A stretch of DNA of 64,000 bases from Candidatus Fermentibacterota bacterium. GTDB lineage: Bacteria > Fermentibacterota > Fermentibacteria > Fermentibacterales > JCC-6. The first letter of the stretch is position 1. Each line of letters starts with the position of its first letter. Both the position numbers and the translations under genes were made by a program. The DNA is taken from positions 128,001-192,000 of the forward strand of contig CAWJQI010000004.1 in NCBI GenBank assembly GCA_963845085.1, read 5' to 3'. The notes under the pieces were generated by a model. It saw nothing but the letters and a program-made list of their open reading frames with translations, ran no database searches and was not told the DNA's origin. Shown here piece by piece: positions 32,687 to 42,272 of this stretch.

Positions 32687-32708
32687 GGGGGAGGCCGAAG
32701 CCTCCCCC
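32687..32708 (-). terminator. Intrinsic terminator with cUUCGg tetraloop
   Basis: Minus strand GGGGGAGGC-TTCG-GCCTCCCCC followed by TTCTCT, 23 nt after the stop of 32732-33397. Confidence 0.8.
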
Positions 32709-32731
32709 GGGAATCCACATGAATCAGCGGT

Positions 32732-33397
32732 CTAGAAAAGGGTCTTGATGGCGCCCCAGCTGTCGCGGGTGAGGGCGGTGCTGCCGCTGAGGATCATGAA
32801 CTGCTCGTAGGGCGCGCCCCACTCGGTCTGGCTGCTGGACCAGGAGGAACCGTTGTTGGCGCTGAAGTAGGTCATGTCGGCCCAGGTCTGGTTGGTGGCA
32901 AGCCAGTAGTGAGCGCCGGCGCCGCCGGTGGTCTGCATGGCCAACCAGTACTTTGTTCCACCGGTGAAGGTGATGTTGCCAACGGTGATGTCGGAGTACC
33001 AGAGGGCGTATCCCCAGGAGCTGAACCCGGTGCTGATGTGGTTCACGGCGCTGGAGGTGTGGCTGCTGACGATGCTGCCCGGTCCGGGGGCACCCTCGGC
33101 GCGAAGCTGGATGTTGTAGCCGGTGGCGTTGCCGCTGGCGTAGATGGCCCAGATTTCGATTCTGTCAATGTAGCCACCGTAGGCGTAGGTGAAGTCGTCG
33201 GCGATCATCCAGCTGTTGGGGGAGCTGAAACCGACGCCGTTCACGAGGCCGGCGAACACGAAGGGCTGCGAGCAGATGATGTCATCACCGGCGATTTCCG
33301 GGATGATGGTTACTGCATCGCTGAGATGACCAAGGCTGGTGTCAGCTGCAAGGGCAAACCCTGCGAGCACAATGGTAAGCAGAGCAAAAATTCTCAT
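32732..33397 (-). CDS. Secreted beta-rich protein with C-terminal RDSWGAIKTLF tail
   Basis: Signal peptide, ADDF and YWL motifs, strongly C/G-ending codons, own promoter and terminator. Confidence 0.85.
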   Translation of the reverse strand: MRIFALLTIVLAGFALAADTSLGHLSDAVTIIPEIAGDDIICSQPFVFAGLVNGVGFSSPNSWMIADDFTYAYGGYIDRIEIWAIYASGNATGYNIQLRAEGAPGPGSIVSSHTSSAVNHISTGFSSWGYALWYSDITVGNITFTGGTKYWLAMQTTGGAGAHYWLATNQTWADMTYFSANNGSSWSSSQTEWGAPYEQFMILSGSTALTRDSWGAIKTLF

Positions 33398-33440
33398 GAG
33401 CCTCTCCTAGGTTGGGGTTACGCAAAAAAGGAACGTGGGG

Positions 33441-33469
33441 TAAATAGCAGACCCGGTGCATGGTGTCAA
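33441..33469 (-). promoter_or_regulatory. Sigma70-like promoter
   Basis: TTGACA-17 bp-TATTTA with extended TGn; AGGAG SD downstream. Confidence 0.6.
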
Positions 33470-33485
33470 GCCCAGTCCTGTCGGT

Positions 33486-35003
33486 TCATTCCTCTCTCAT
33501 CCACTGGCCGGGATCTGCCGGAAGATCGTCCAGAACGGATCTGTTTACGGTGACCCCGAATCGCTCCCGAATCTCCGAAAGGAATTCTTCCATTGCGGCG
33601 GCTTCAAGTCTCAGCCTCGCGGATTCCTCGAGCCTGGGCCCTATCTCCTCGATGGTCGCGGGACGGGGTGCAATGACTTCGAGAAGGCGGAAGGCGGCGA
33701 AGTAGCCGGGTTCCACCTCGAAGGGACCCTGCCATGTGACGGTATCTTCCGGGGCGATCCCGAAAAGGGCTTCCGCGATACCGCCCGGTATCTCGGCCCG
33801 CATGAGGGGGCGGGTGATTCCCGGATCGCCTCCGGGAACGGCCAGTTCCGACAGCGGGGGGAAGGCACCGGGGTCGGAACCATCCATCATCGAGCGCCTC
33901 AGGTCCGGAAGATCTTCAAGATGGGCTGATGCCGTGGCAAAGACCCGCAGTTCAGCCGTCATTACGGGTTCAGGCAGCCGGGAGTACTCCTCCTCGAGGT
34001 CCGCACTGGAAACAACCACAACACTGTCCATCCGATTTCGAACGAGCCTTTCGATCGCAAGCCCCCGTCTGAAACTCTCTGACGCCGTCTGAAGGGAATC
34101 CGCGAGCTCCGGATAGTTTTCACGGAGAACATTCGTATAGTGGCTCTGCATGATCAGGTTTTCCGCAATCATGTCCATCCAGTAGGCTGAAGCCTCGACA
34201 GGTGCAAACCTGGTCCGGATGAAGGCAACCTCCCGTTCAAGTTCCCGGCGCGTCCAGTTCCCGACGGGCGAGGAGACAACTACGGAATCTCCGGGAAGCA
34301 TGTCCAGCGAAGTGAAGTCCCTGTCTATTCGTGTCGCTCCATCCCCGAGCAGGGCTGCGTAATCCCGCAGGTAGCCGAAACGCTCCCTGCCGAATCCGAT
34401 CAGTTGCACAATGATGCTGTCAGGCTCACTCGAGTGCGGCTGGCCTGGATCGATTCGGGAAACAAGGTTCACCGTTCCGAAGTCCTCGACCTCCACGCTG
34501 TCACCCTGGGAAATTCCCGCAAGGGCTGTTGCCAGTTCCCGCGGAAGTTCGCCCAGAGGCAGGGGAATGGCCGGACACACGACTTCTGCGGTGAAGAGCA
34601 CCTGGATTCCCTCGTTCTCCCTCCAGAATGCGATGTCGGATTCATCAACCGCCGCCATCTCGACTTCGGCTGTCAGGCGTCTCGCGAGTGTTGCACACTC
34701 CACCCGAAACCAGGAAGCTGCATCGAGGGCAAGAGAGGTGTCCTGCAGGAGCCCGGATGAGTCAGCCAGGATCTCAAGAGCCATCTTCCCGGCAAGGGCA
34801 TCAACGAACTCAGCGGCAGGGTTCTCAGCTTCCAGGAATACAGCCCGCTCCTCAACCGTGAGCGACTCCCACATCTCTGCGGCAGTCCGCACCGAGACAG
34901 TATCCGTGGCCGATGTGACAAGCGGCTTGTCACCATCGTCGCCCGGGGATGAGCAACCCGACAGCAGAATGGCGGCAAAGGCCACCGATGCAAGACTCCT
35001 CAT
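33486..35003 (-). CDS. Lipoprotein with C-terminal PpiC/SurA-like (rotamase-like) chaperone domain
   Basis: Lipobox LSGC; VSSADLEEEY, WQGPFEV, PATIEEI..RL...ARL patterns; parvulin catalytic residues not evident. Confidence 0.6.
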   Translation of the reverse strand: MRSLASVAFAAILLSGCSSPGDDGDKPLVTSATDTVSVRTAAEMWESLTVEERAVFLEAENPAAEFVDALAGKMALEILADSSGLLQDTSLALDAASWFRVECATLARRLTAEVEMAAVDESDIAFWRENEGIQVLFTAEVVCPAIPLPLGELPRELATALAGISQGDSVEVEDFGTVNLVSRIDPGQPHSSEPDSIIVQLIGFGRERFGYLRDYAALLGDGATRIDRDFTSLDMLPGDSVVVSSPVGNWTRRELEREVAFIRTRFAPVEASAYWMDMIAENLIMQSHYTNVLRENYPELADSLQTASESFRRGLAIERLVRNRMDSVVVVSSADLEEEYSRLPEPVMTAELRVFATASAHLEDLPDLRRSMMDGSDPGAFPPLSELAVPGGDPGITRPLMRAEIPGGIAEALFGIAPEDTVTWQGPFEVEPGYFAAFRLLEVIAPRPATIEEIGPRLEESARLRLEAAAMEEFLSEIRERFGVTVNRSVLDDLPADPGQWMREE

Positions 35004-35130
35004 GGTACTCTCCTGTTTTGCGTGGCCGGCGGCGAAACCGGGGCATGTGCACAGCGCGACGCCGGAACCGAGTTTGATGTGTCAAACATAGTGGTCCCGG
35101 GTCGGAAAAGAACACCGGGTCGAAATGCAG

Positions 35131-35158
35131 CGGGAGGGGCAGGTTGCTGCCCCTCCCG
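35131..35158 (-). terminator. 12-bp stem-loop, probable terminator after the VIT/VWA gene
   Basis: cgggaggggcag-gttg-ctgcccctcccg perfect inverted repeat. Confidence 0.65.
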
Positions 35159-35173
35159 TATTACTGGGTGATT

Positions 35174-37462
35174 TCAGTTGACCTGGAACACCACGGTCAT
35201 GGTTCCCGGACCGCCGCCCGCGACGGATCTGCCGGCAAGCCATTGCACCGCTCTCTGCCCAAGCGTGCGCAATCCAGTCGTGTTCTCAGCCACTTCCACG
35301 GCAGTGACTCTGCCTTCCGGATCAAGGGTGATTTCAAGGGTCAGGGTTCCTGTGATCCCTTCCTCCGCGTCGAGCAGCGGCTGGAGCTCGCCGACGAGTT
35401 CGATCATGAGGCCTCTGACCACCGAAGGCCTGGCGCCGAGGTTGTCACCAACGGAGAACAGGCTGATGACCGGTCTAGGAGCGGCGTACACGGCCGAGTA
35501 GTCGTAGGCGTCCTCTCCTGCTTCACATTCAGTGGCGACCCGGCTCATCGATGCTCCGCTTGAACCACCGTTCATGGCGTATCCGCCGACGGGGCTGGGC
35601 GATGACGCAACCTGTCCAAACACGCCCTGGTAGCTCACCCCCACAGGCATGTTCACAGGCACATCGACTCGCAGCGGCTCCCCTCCAGCACCGATCCTTG
35701 TTTCCGAGTCGACGGCCACAAATGCGGTGTACTCACAAAGGACCCTGTAATCGAGGCTTACGCCGATCATGCTCTCGGTGATCTCCTGCCTCGCGTCTGC
35801 GTCAAGTTCGGGTGAGTAGCCCTGCCTGCGGAGGGCAGCAAGCCTTCGTGAAGCCCAGAGCCGGTCAGCCGCCTCAGTGCCTTCGCCGGGCTGCGGAAGT
35901 GTGATGCTGATGTTTCTTGTCCAAGGGCGGCCGCCCAGTGTTCCGGTCACGCGGAGTGTCCCGGTGCCCGGCCTTGTGAAGCGGCCCGAGATCACCAGGG
36001 GTTCGCCGTCGAACAGGTCCCTGGTTCCACCGAACTGGCAATCGGTCACCGAAAGGTCGCCCCAGTCCAGCTCGATGCCAACCAGATAAGGGTTGTTGAT
36101 CTTCCTGTAAATCTCCCCCACGGCTTCGGCCGGCTCATCGTTGTAACCGACATAGACAGCGCTTCCCATACCCTCTTCGGCGAGACCCTCGATGAGATAC
36201 CTGTTGACGCTCGACCCGACACCAATGCTGAACAGCCTGGTGTTGTCGCGCACGGTAGTCTGAAGCTCTCCCAGGATTTCAGATTCGTTGCCGATATAGC
36301 CGTCGGTCAAAAAGATGATGTAGCGTATCCTCTCGGGGTCCTCGGGGTAACCGATTGCCGCTCTGATGCCCTCTATCATCATTGTTCCGCCCATGCCGCT
36401 GAGCGAGTTTATGTACTCAACCCCTGTTCTGATGTTTTCGGGAGTGTTCGGGAGCGGGTGGCTGCTCATTGCGCTTGCCGTTTCACTGAAGCGCATGATC
36501 TGGAATGAATCCCCGGGGTTCATCCCCTGAACGAAGCGCCGCACCGTTTCCTTGGCGACCTCCATTGGCTGGCCGCTCATCGAACCCGAGCAGTCGATTA
36601 CGAAGAACATCTCCTTCGGTGCAATGAGATCCCTCTCAACTGAAGCGTCCGGCTCGAGCATCAGCATGAAGTGACCGCCGAGGGCTCCGTTGTGGGCGAC
36701 GAACCCCGAACCGATGCCGTCAGTGGCCGTCCTGTACCTGAGAACGAAATCCCGGTTGGGGATCGTTTCGCCCTGTGCAAGGGTGAGAAGGGGAAGTTCA
36801 TCCTGTTTTTCTGCGTCGATCTCGTGGTTGACCGATTCAAGCCATCGGACAGGCATCCCCGGATCAAGCAACACGGAAAGCTCGATGTCGTATCCTGCCC
36901 TCGTGCCCTCCGGAACAACCGGTGGAGCGATTCTGGCCGCATCGGCGACATTTTCCGGTATGAACCTCGGGCCAACGACCATGGGGAATGACAGCTCCCA
37001 CGTTCCCGATTCGTACTTCACCGGTGCCGTGTACTCGATTTCGATCACGATGCTGTCGCCGGGAAGGATGTTCCCGACGGTCTGGGTGAAGATGTTTGGC
37101 CTCTCCTGTTCGAGCAGGGCAGCGGTCTGTCCGCTCTGGATCGCCTCGTCATAGATCCTCTGCGCCTGGCTGCGCTCGTGTATGTCTCCGATGATGTGCC
37201 TGTCGCCAATGAACATGTCCATTCTGGAGACAGCTCCATCTTCCGGAAGAGGAAAGACGTAGACCGCTTCGATGGGCGTGTCGTACGGGTTGCCGTAGAC
37301 CTGCCTGACAATGCCGATCTGGTAGATGCCGCTGACCGTGATCTCCGCGGAAGTGTGTTCGAGGGGAAGATCCGCGACTATCTCACCGTCATGCACCACA
37401 CCCATCCTTGAGTACTCCGGCGTGGCTGCCGCCAACGCAAGGGCCAGAAGAACCTCTGTCAT
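35174..37462 (-). CDS. VIT and von Willebrand A domain secreted protein with TonB-C-like tail
   Basis: EAVYVFPLP, ALLEQERPNIFTQ.VGNI, PNRDFVLRY, MIDAS DCSGSM, FLTDG. Confidence 0.92.
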   Translation of the reverse strand: MTEVLLALALAAATPEYSRMGVVHDGEIVADLPLEHTSAEITVSGIYQIGIVRQVYGNPYDTPIEAVYVFPLPEDGAVSRMDMFIGDRHIIGDIHERSQAQRIYDEAIQSGQTAALLEQERPNIFTQTVGNILPGDSIVIEIEYTAPVKYESGTWELSFPMVVGPRFIPENVADAARIAPPVVPEGTRAGYDIELSVLLDPGMPVRWLESVNHEIDAEKQDELPLLTLAQGETIPNRDFVLRYRTATDGIGSGFVAHNGALGGHFMLMLEPDASVERDLIAPKEMFFVIDCSGSMSGQPMEVAKETVRRFVQGMNPGDSFQIMRFSETASAMSSHPLPNTPENIRTGVEYINSLSGMGGTMMIEGIRAAIGYPEDPERIRYIIFLTDGYIGNESEILGELQTTVRDNTRLFSIGVGSSVNRYLIEGLAEEGMGSAVYVGYNDEPAEAVGEIYRKINNPYLVGIELDWGDLSVTDCQFGGTRDLFDGEPLVISGRFTRPGTGTLRVTGTLGGRPWTRNISITLPQPGEGTEAADRLWASRRLAALRRQGYSPELDADARQEITESMIGVSLDYRVLCEYTAFVAVDSETRIGAGGEPLRVDVPVNMPVGVSYQGVFGQVASSPSPVGGYAMNGGSSGASMSRVATECEAGEDAYDYSAVYAAPRPVISLFSVGDNLGARPSVVRGLMIELVGELQPLLDAEEGITGTLTLEITLDPEGRVTAVEVAENTTGLRTLGQRAVQWLAGRSVAGGGPGTMTVVFQVN

Positions 37463-37556
37463 GCCAATCTCCTTTCGTGTTCATTCAGTCCACGAAAGGT
37501 CTACAGCAGGAACGGGTCGTCTATTCCAGGGCTATATTAGCGGCATGGAGGAACGC

Positions 37557-37754
37557 ATGATAGCGGTGAACGGTGAACCCCTTCAGTGGCATGAGGGCAT
37601 GACAATCAGGGACGTTCTGACCTTGAAGGGGTACGTCTTCAGAATGCTGGTAGTCAGAATCAACGGCAGGGTGATACAAAAGGGCGATTTTGACACCACC
37701 TGCATCCCCGATGGCGCCACCGTTGATGTCATCCACCTGATCTCCGGCGGCTAA
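37557..37754 (+). CDS. thiS: ThiS/MoaD-family sulfur carrier protein
   Basis: I.VNG, VVRING, C-terminal ISGG; GGAGG SD before ATG 37557. Confidence 0.88.
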   Translation: MIAVNGEPLQWHEGMTIRDVLTLKGYVFRMLVVRINGRVIQKGDFDTTCIPDGATVDVIHLISGG

Positions 37755-37758
37755 AACC

Positions 37759-38035
37759 AGGGGACGGACTAAGATAAGTTAGATTACAGGTTTATCTAAT
37801 TGTTCTGTAACTACTTATGAGACTGGATCAAAAAACACGAGTCCATACAATTGACCAGTGGTCCGATATCAGCCTCCAGCTTCTGTGTTAGGATTTCAAT
37901 CCTGGTCGAACCTTCATTCAACCGGATTCGTCCTGTAATGGAATAAGCACTGATCGTACAATGAGAAGGGCAACCATACCCGGTTGCCCTCTTTCTCTTT
38001 TCGTTGGTAATCTAATCTACCTTAGTCCGTCCCCT
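37759..38035. mobile_element. Putative MITE-like element with 29-bp terminal inverted repeats
   Basis: aggggacggactaagataagttagattac (37759-37787) matches the reverse complement of 38007-38035 at 26/29; AT-rich interior; no transposase. Confidence 0.55.
37967..38001 (+). terminator. Stem-loop with pyrimidine/U tail inside the inverted-repeat element
   Basis: agggcaacc-ataccc-ggttgccct followed by ctttctctttt. Confidence 0.55.
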
Positions 38036-38040
38036 AAGTG

Positions 38041-39756
38041 TCAGCGGATGACGGTCATCCTTGTGGCGGCAGAACCCGAGGGGGTTTCCGCACGAATGAA
38101 ATACATGCCGCTTCCAATGCCTTCGGGCAGGCTCCAGAGAAAACTGTGGCTGCCTCCGGAAAGCTGTCCCGAGTGCACCCGCGCCACGACTCTTCCCGTC
38201 ACGTCGAAGACATCGAGCGACACTGAGCCTTCCGTGGGAACAAAGAGCGAGAAGGTGGCTGAAGATGTCACCGGGTTGGGATGTACCCCGGACAGGACAG
38301 GTTCCGCGGACGGCAGCCCGGCGCTGCTTTCGCCCCCGGTTCCAACCAGCTCAAGGGCAGCCAGTGCGGCCTGGTAGGCATCGACTCGTCCAGCGCCGAA
38401 TACGTTGTCCTTTCCGGCCGCTCCCAGGTCAAGCGATGTCAATTCGATGATCGAATCAAGCTGGGCCACGCTCAGCTCAGGATTTATGCTGAGAAGAAGC
38501 GCTGCAACGCCTGCAAGATGCGGAGTGGCCATGGATGTGCCGCTCATCGTGGTATACCCGCCGCCGAGCTGTGTGCTGAGAACATCGACTCCCGGGCCGC
38601 TTATGTCGGGGCTGATCAGAGGCGTTGAGCTGCCGTAGTCGTTCCACGGCGCCACGGTAAGCCACCAGGTGACAGGCCCCCTGCTCGAAAAGCCGGCGAT
38701 GTTGTCACCGGAATCGGTTGCGCCAACCGTCACGACCGCGGTCTGCCCTCCATGGAAAATCTGGTCTGGATGGAACCACGGGGGAGGGCAGTCACCGCTT
38801 GCCCGGATCGTTCCGGCACCGGGCCCACTGTTGCCAGCTGCCACACTGTGGTAGATGCCGGCAAGAAGAACATTCTCCTCGGCCGCCCGCAGTGTGGCAT
38901 TGCCGACGGGAGTTGTTCCCATCGACATGGAGAGAACCGATGCGCCGTGCTCGGCAGCGAATTCCATGGCCTGGATCCAGGTAGGGAACCCGCCAGTGTA
39001 GTAGTAGATGCGAAGGGCCATGATGGTGGCGGAGGGCGCCACTCCGGTCTCGGTGCCGGAAGCACCGTCACCTGCCACGGTTCCTGCACAATGGGTGCCA
39101 TGCCCGTAATCATCCATGGGGTCATACGGGTCGCCCGACCCGTAGAAGCTGTACCCGTAATGGTAACCAGCAGCGGTGTCATGCCACATGTTGTTGCCGA
39201 GATCGGGATGGGTGTAGTCAACACCTGTGTCGATGACTCCGACAATCACGCCCTGACCCTCGTAGCCGAGCGCCCACACCGAAGGGGCATTGATCGTGGA
39301 AACTCCCCACGCCACGGCGCGACTCACTTCCTCGCGCGATGGATCCCTGACCTCGACCGGCTCAATCAGCCCCGCCTCAGGGTATCCGTTGTCAATGAAG
39401 CGCACGTCGGATCTGGCTGCCAGAAGCCTTATCGTTTCAGGATCGGTCTCACAATAGAACCCGTTGAGCAGCCAGAAGGGGGTCAGGCCGGAAACCGGGC
39501 GATCCTCAAGAAAGGCGAGAACGGAGGCCTGGGAGAGGGCTGCGTCGGATTTCAGCGCCTCCACAACGAACTGCCGTCTTTCGGACCGGTTCATACTTTC
39601 AGCTACGGTTTCGATCCAATCCACATCAAGCGATCCCTCGACATGCACGACAATCGGAATCGACCCCCCCGGAGGCGACAGGTTCATGCTGCAGACAAGG
39701 TCCGGATGGATTACCCCCGAACTTCCAATGATCAGGGACAACAGCAGAGTGCTCAT
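38041..39756 (-). CDS. S8 subtilisin-like serine protease with T9SS-like CTD (paralogue 2)
   Basis: Triad VIDTG / HGTHCAG / GTSMATP, AAGN; HPNP...VFDVTGRV...GMYFIR. Confidence 0.95.
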   Translation of the reverse strand: MSTLLLSLIIGSSGVIHPDLVCSMNLSPPGGSIPIVVHVEGSLDVDWIETVAESMNRSERRQFVVEALKSDAALSQASVLAFLEDRPVSGLTPFWLLNGFYCETDPETIRLLAARSDVRFIDNGYPEAGLIEPVEVRDPSREEVSRAVAWGVSTINAPSVWALGYEGQGVIVGVIDTGVDYTHPDLGNNMWHDTAAGYHYGYSFYGSGDPYDPMDDYGHGTHCAGTVAGDGASGTETGVAPSATIMALRIYYYTGGFPTWIQAMEFAAEHGASVLSMSMGTTPVGNATLRAAEENVLLAGIYHSVAAGNSGPGAGTIRASGDCPPPWFHPDQIFHGGQTAVVTVGATDSGDNIAGFSSRGPVTWWLTVAPWNDYGSSTPLISPDISGPGVDVLSTQLGGGYTTMSGTSMATPHLAGVAALLLSINPELSVAQLDSIIELTSLDLGAAGKDNVFGAGRVDAYQAALAALELVGTGGESSAGLPSAEPVLSGVHPNPVTSSATFSLFVPTEGSVSLDVFDVTGRVVARVHSGQLSGGSHSFLWSLPEGIGSGMYFIRAETPSGSAATRMTVIR

Positions 39757-39799
39757 ATCTCAACCCTTCAGACCCGGCTCGCGGCCGGAAACAAGAAAA

Positions 39800-39831
39800 G
39801 GCGGCCCGCCCTTCATGAGAGCGGGCCGCCC
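39800..39831 (-). terminator. Intrinsic terminator between the S8 paralogues
   Basis: ggcggcccgc...gcgggccgcc stem, followed on the minus strand by TTTTCTTGTTT. Confidence 0.7.
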
Positions 39832-39844
39832 TGCAGAAACTCTA

Positions 39845-41551
39845 TCAGCGGACTACGGTCATCCTGCTGACGGACGAGCCACCGGAGGCGGCGGCCCTCA
39901 CGAAATAAACACCGTTTTCAAGGTTTTCCGGAAGGCTCCAGAGGTAGCTGTGGGTGCCCGAGGACAGCTGACCGGAGTGGACCTGTGCGACGGCGCGTCC
40001 AGCCACGTCGAAAACGCTGATCGATACATCACCGCTGGAAGGAAGGTAGAGCGAGAAGGCAGCCGCACCATCGACCGGGTTGGGGCTGACGGACGAGAGT
40101 ACAACTGCGTCGGCAGGAATACCGGCGCTTTCACCCTCGCTTGTTCCGACAAGCTCAAGGGCTGCAAGGACTGCGGCATATGCGTCGATTCTGCCGGCTC
40201 CGAAGTTGTTGTCCTTGCCGGTGGCGCCGAGATCGATCGAGGTTTCCTCGAGGATCTGATCCATCTCCGCAACGGTGAGTTCAGGATTGGCGCTCAGCAG
40301 AAGAGCCATGACACCAGCCACATGCGGTGTTGCCATCGAGGTGCCGTCCATGGTGGTGTATCCGCCACCCATCATGGTGCTGAGTACGGAAACGCCAGGA
40401 CCGCTCACGTCGGGATCGATGAGGGGATGGGAATCGCTGTAGTCGTTCCAGGGGGCGACTCCGCCCCACCAGGTCACGGGACCACGGCTGGAAAAACCTG
40501 CGATGTTGTCGTTCGAATCGGTGGCGCCGACTGTTACCACTGCCGACTGTCCGCCGTGGTAGGTCTGGTTGGGGTGGAACCAGGGGGGCGGGCAGTCTCC
40601 GCTTCCAAGAATTGTGCCACCGCCGGGCCCGCTGTTGCCGGCTGCAACGCTGTGGATAACGCCCGCCGTGAGCAGGGCTTCTTCGGCTTCCCGGAGAAAT
40701 GCCACACCGGTATAGGAACCGAGTGACATCGTGAGAACGGAAGCCCCGTGCTCCGTACCGAATTCCATGGCCTGGACCCAGGTGGCTTCTCCGCCGTAGT
40801 AGTAGTTGATGCGAAGGGCCATGATGGTGGCCGAGGGGGCGACACCGGTCTCGGTTCCACCCGTGCCGTCTCCGGCAACGGTGCCGGCGCAGTGGGTGCC
40901 ATGGCCGTAGATGTCCATCGGATCGTTGTCATTGTCATAGAAGTCCCAGCCGTAGTGATATCCGGCCGGAGTGTCGTGCCACATGTTGTTGCCGAGGTCG
41001 GAGTGCGTGTAGTAAACACCGGTATCGATGACGCCGACAATGACGCCGTCACCTTCGTAACCGAGCGCCCACACCTGCGGAGCGTTGATCTTGGAAACGC
41101 CCCAGGCGATCGCCTTCTGGCCGGGCTCGGGGTCGCGCTGACCCACGGGCTCGATAAGGCCTCCGCCGATGCTTCCCCGTTCGATGTAACGAACATCACT
41201 GCGGGTGGAGAGGTTTCTGATGACCGCGGGTGTGGTGTGGCAATAGAAACCGTTCACGAGCCAGAAGGGAACGAGTTGTTCAACCTGTTCGCCTGCAATA
41301 AACTCGAGTACTGCGTGCTGGGACGCCTGTGCATTGCTCTTGAGCGCCTCGACCACGAACTGCTGCCTTTCGACGCGGCTCATGCCAGCAGTGGCCGTCT
41401 GAAGCCAGTTCTGGTCAAGACCTCCCTCCATCAACACCACGACTGGAATCAACTCGCCAGGCGTGGAATTTGCCATATCCAGCAAAAGCTCTGGTTGAAT
41501 TGATCCGGCGAGGGCAAGCCCTGCGACAAGGAACAATAAAAGGTACTTCAT
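39845..41551 (-). CDS. S8 subtilisin-like serine protease with T9SS-like CTD (paralogue 1)
   Basis: Signal peptide, propeptide, VIDTG / HGTHCAG / GTSMATP; SPNP...VFDVAGR...GVYFVR. Confidence 0.95.
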   Translation of the reverse strand: MKYLLLFLVAGLALAGSIQPELLLDMANSTPGELIPVVVLMEGGLDQNWLQTATAGMSRVERQQFVVEALKSNAQASQHAVLEFIAGEQVEQLVPFWLVNGFYCHTTPAVIRNLSTRSDVRYIERGSIGGGLIEPVGQRDPEPGQKAIAWGVSKINAPQVWALGYEGDGVIVGVIDTGVYYTHSDLGNNMWHDTPAGYHYGWDFYDNDNDPMDIYGHGTHCAGTVAGDGTGGTETGVAPSATIMALRINYYYGGEATWVQAMEFGTEHGASVLTMSLGSYTGVAFLREAEEALLTAGVIHSVAAGNSGPGGGTILGSGDCPPPWFHPNQTYHGGQSAVVTVGATDSNDNIAGFSSRGPVTWWGGVAPWNDYSDSHPLIDPDVSGPGVSVLSTMMGGGYTTMDGTSMATPHVAGVMALLLSANPELTVAEMDQILEETSIDLGATGKDNNFGAGRIDAYAAVLAALELVGTSEGESAGIPADAVVLSSVSPNPVDGAAAFSLYLPSSGDVSISVFDVAGRAVAQVHSGQLSSGTHSYLWSLPENLENGVYFVRAAASGGSSVSRMTVVR

Positions 41552-41591
41552 CTTTTCCTTTCTGGTTGTGACCCCATAACTTCGTCAAATA

Positions 41592-42272
41592 TCAGGTCTG
41601 CTCCCCCTCGGGGCAAGCTCCGTATTTCACCACAAAACTTTCGTTTGCACGTTTCAAGGCAAGCTCGGGTTCAATACCGATGGCGCACGCATACCCGGCG
41701 AGGGCCATGAGCAGGACCCCGAGGTTTTCCGCGGACGTGTTCCTTACGAAAATCTGCACCGCTTTTTCAATACCGGACTTGTCCGGCAAAGGTTCCAGCC
41801 CGGCATCCGATGCCCGCTGGGCGATCCTCCATGCGGTCTGCAGGGCAGGCATCCCCTTGGGAAGCGAGGAGAAAAAGCCCTGGCTGGCTTCCGATTTTTC
41901 ACTCCGCTTGATGGACTCCCACTGTTTCTCGACATCTCCTGGTGACGGCGACGCCTTGTCCCCGAAGACGTGAGGATGCCTTCTGACAAGCTTGCCGGTG
42001 ATGCCCTCGGCCACATCCCTCAGGCTGAAGAGCTTCTGCTCGCCTGCTATTTCCGACCACATGAGCACGTGCAGAAGAAGATCACCGAGCTCGTCTGAAA
42101 CGGCTTCCCATTCCTTCCGCTCGGTTGCTTCAGCCACCTCGTGCGCCTCTTCGAGCAGATAGGGGCGCAGGCTTTCAAGGGTTTGCTCCCTGTCCCAGCT
42201 GCAACCCCCGGGCCCCCTCAGAACTCTAACCACATCAAGAAGCCGGTTAAGGGCGGCGACCCCCTCATCCAT
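41592..42272 (-). CDS. mazG: MazG-family nucleotide pyrophosphohydrolase
   Basis: GCSWDREQT..SL...LLEEAHE, DELGDLL, KLVRRHPHVFG; second MazG domain short and degenerate. Confidence 0.92.
   Translation of the reverse strand: MDEGVAALNRLLDVVRVLRGPGGCSWDREQTLESLRPYLLEEAHEVAEATERKEWEAVSDELGDLLLHVLMWSEIAGEQKLFSLRDVAEGITGKLVRRHPHVFGDKASPSPGDVEKQWESIKRSEKSEASQGFFSSLPKGMPALQTAWRIAQRASDAGLEPLPDKSGIEKAVQIFVRNTSAENLGVLLMALAGYACAIGIEPELALKRANESFVVKYGACPEGEQT

Noticed and set aside
35073..35086. TTTGA-tgtg-TCAAA palindrome resembling an FNR/CRP box
   Set aside because: Spacing does not fit TTGAT-N4-ATCAA; single short occurrence
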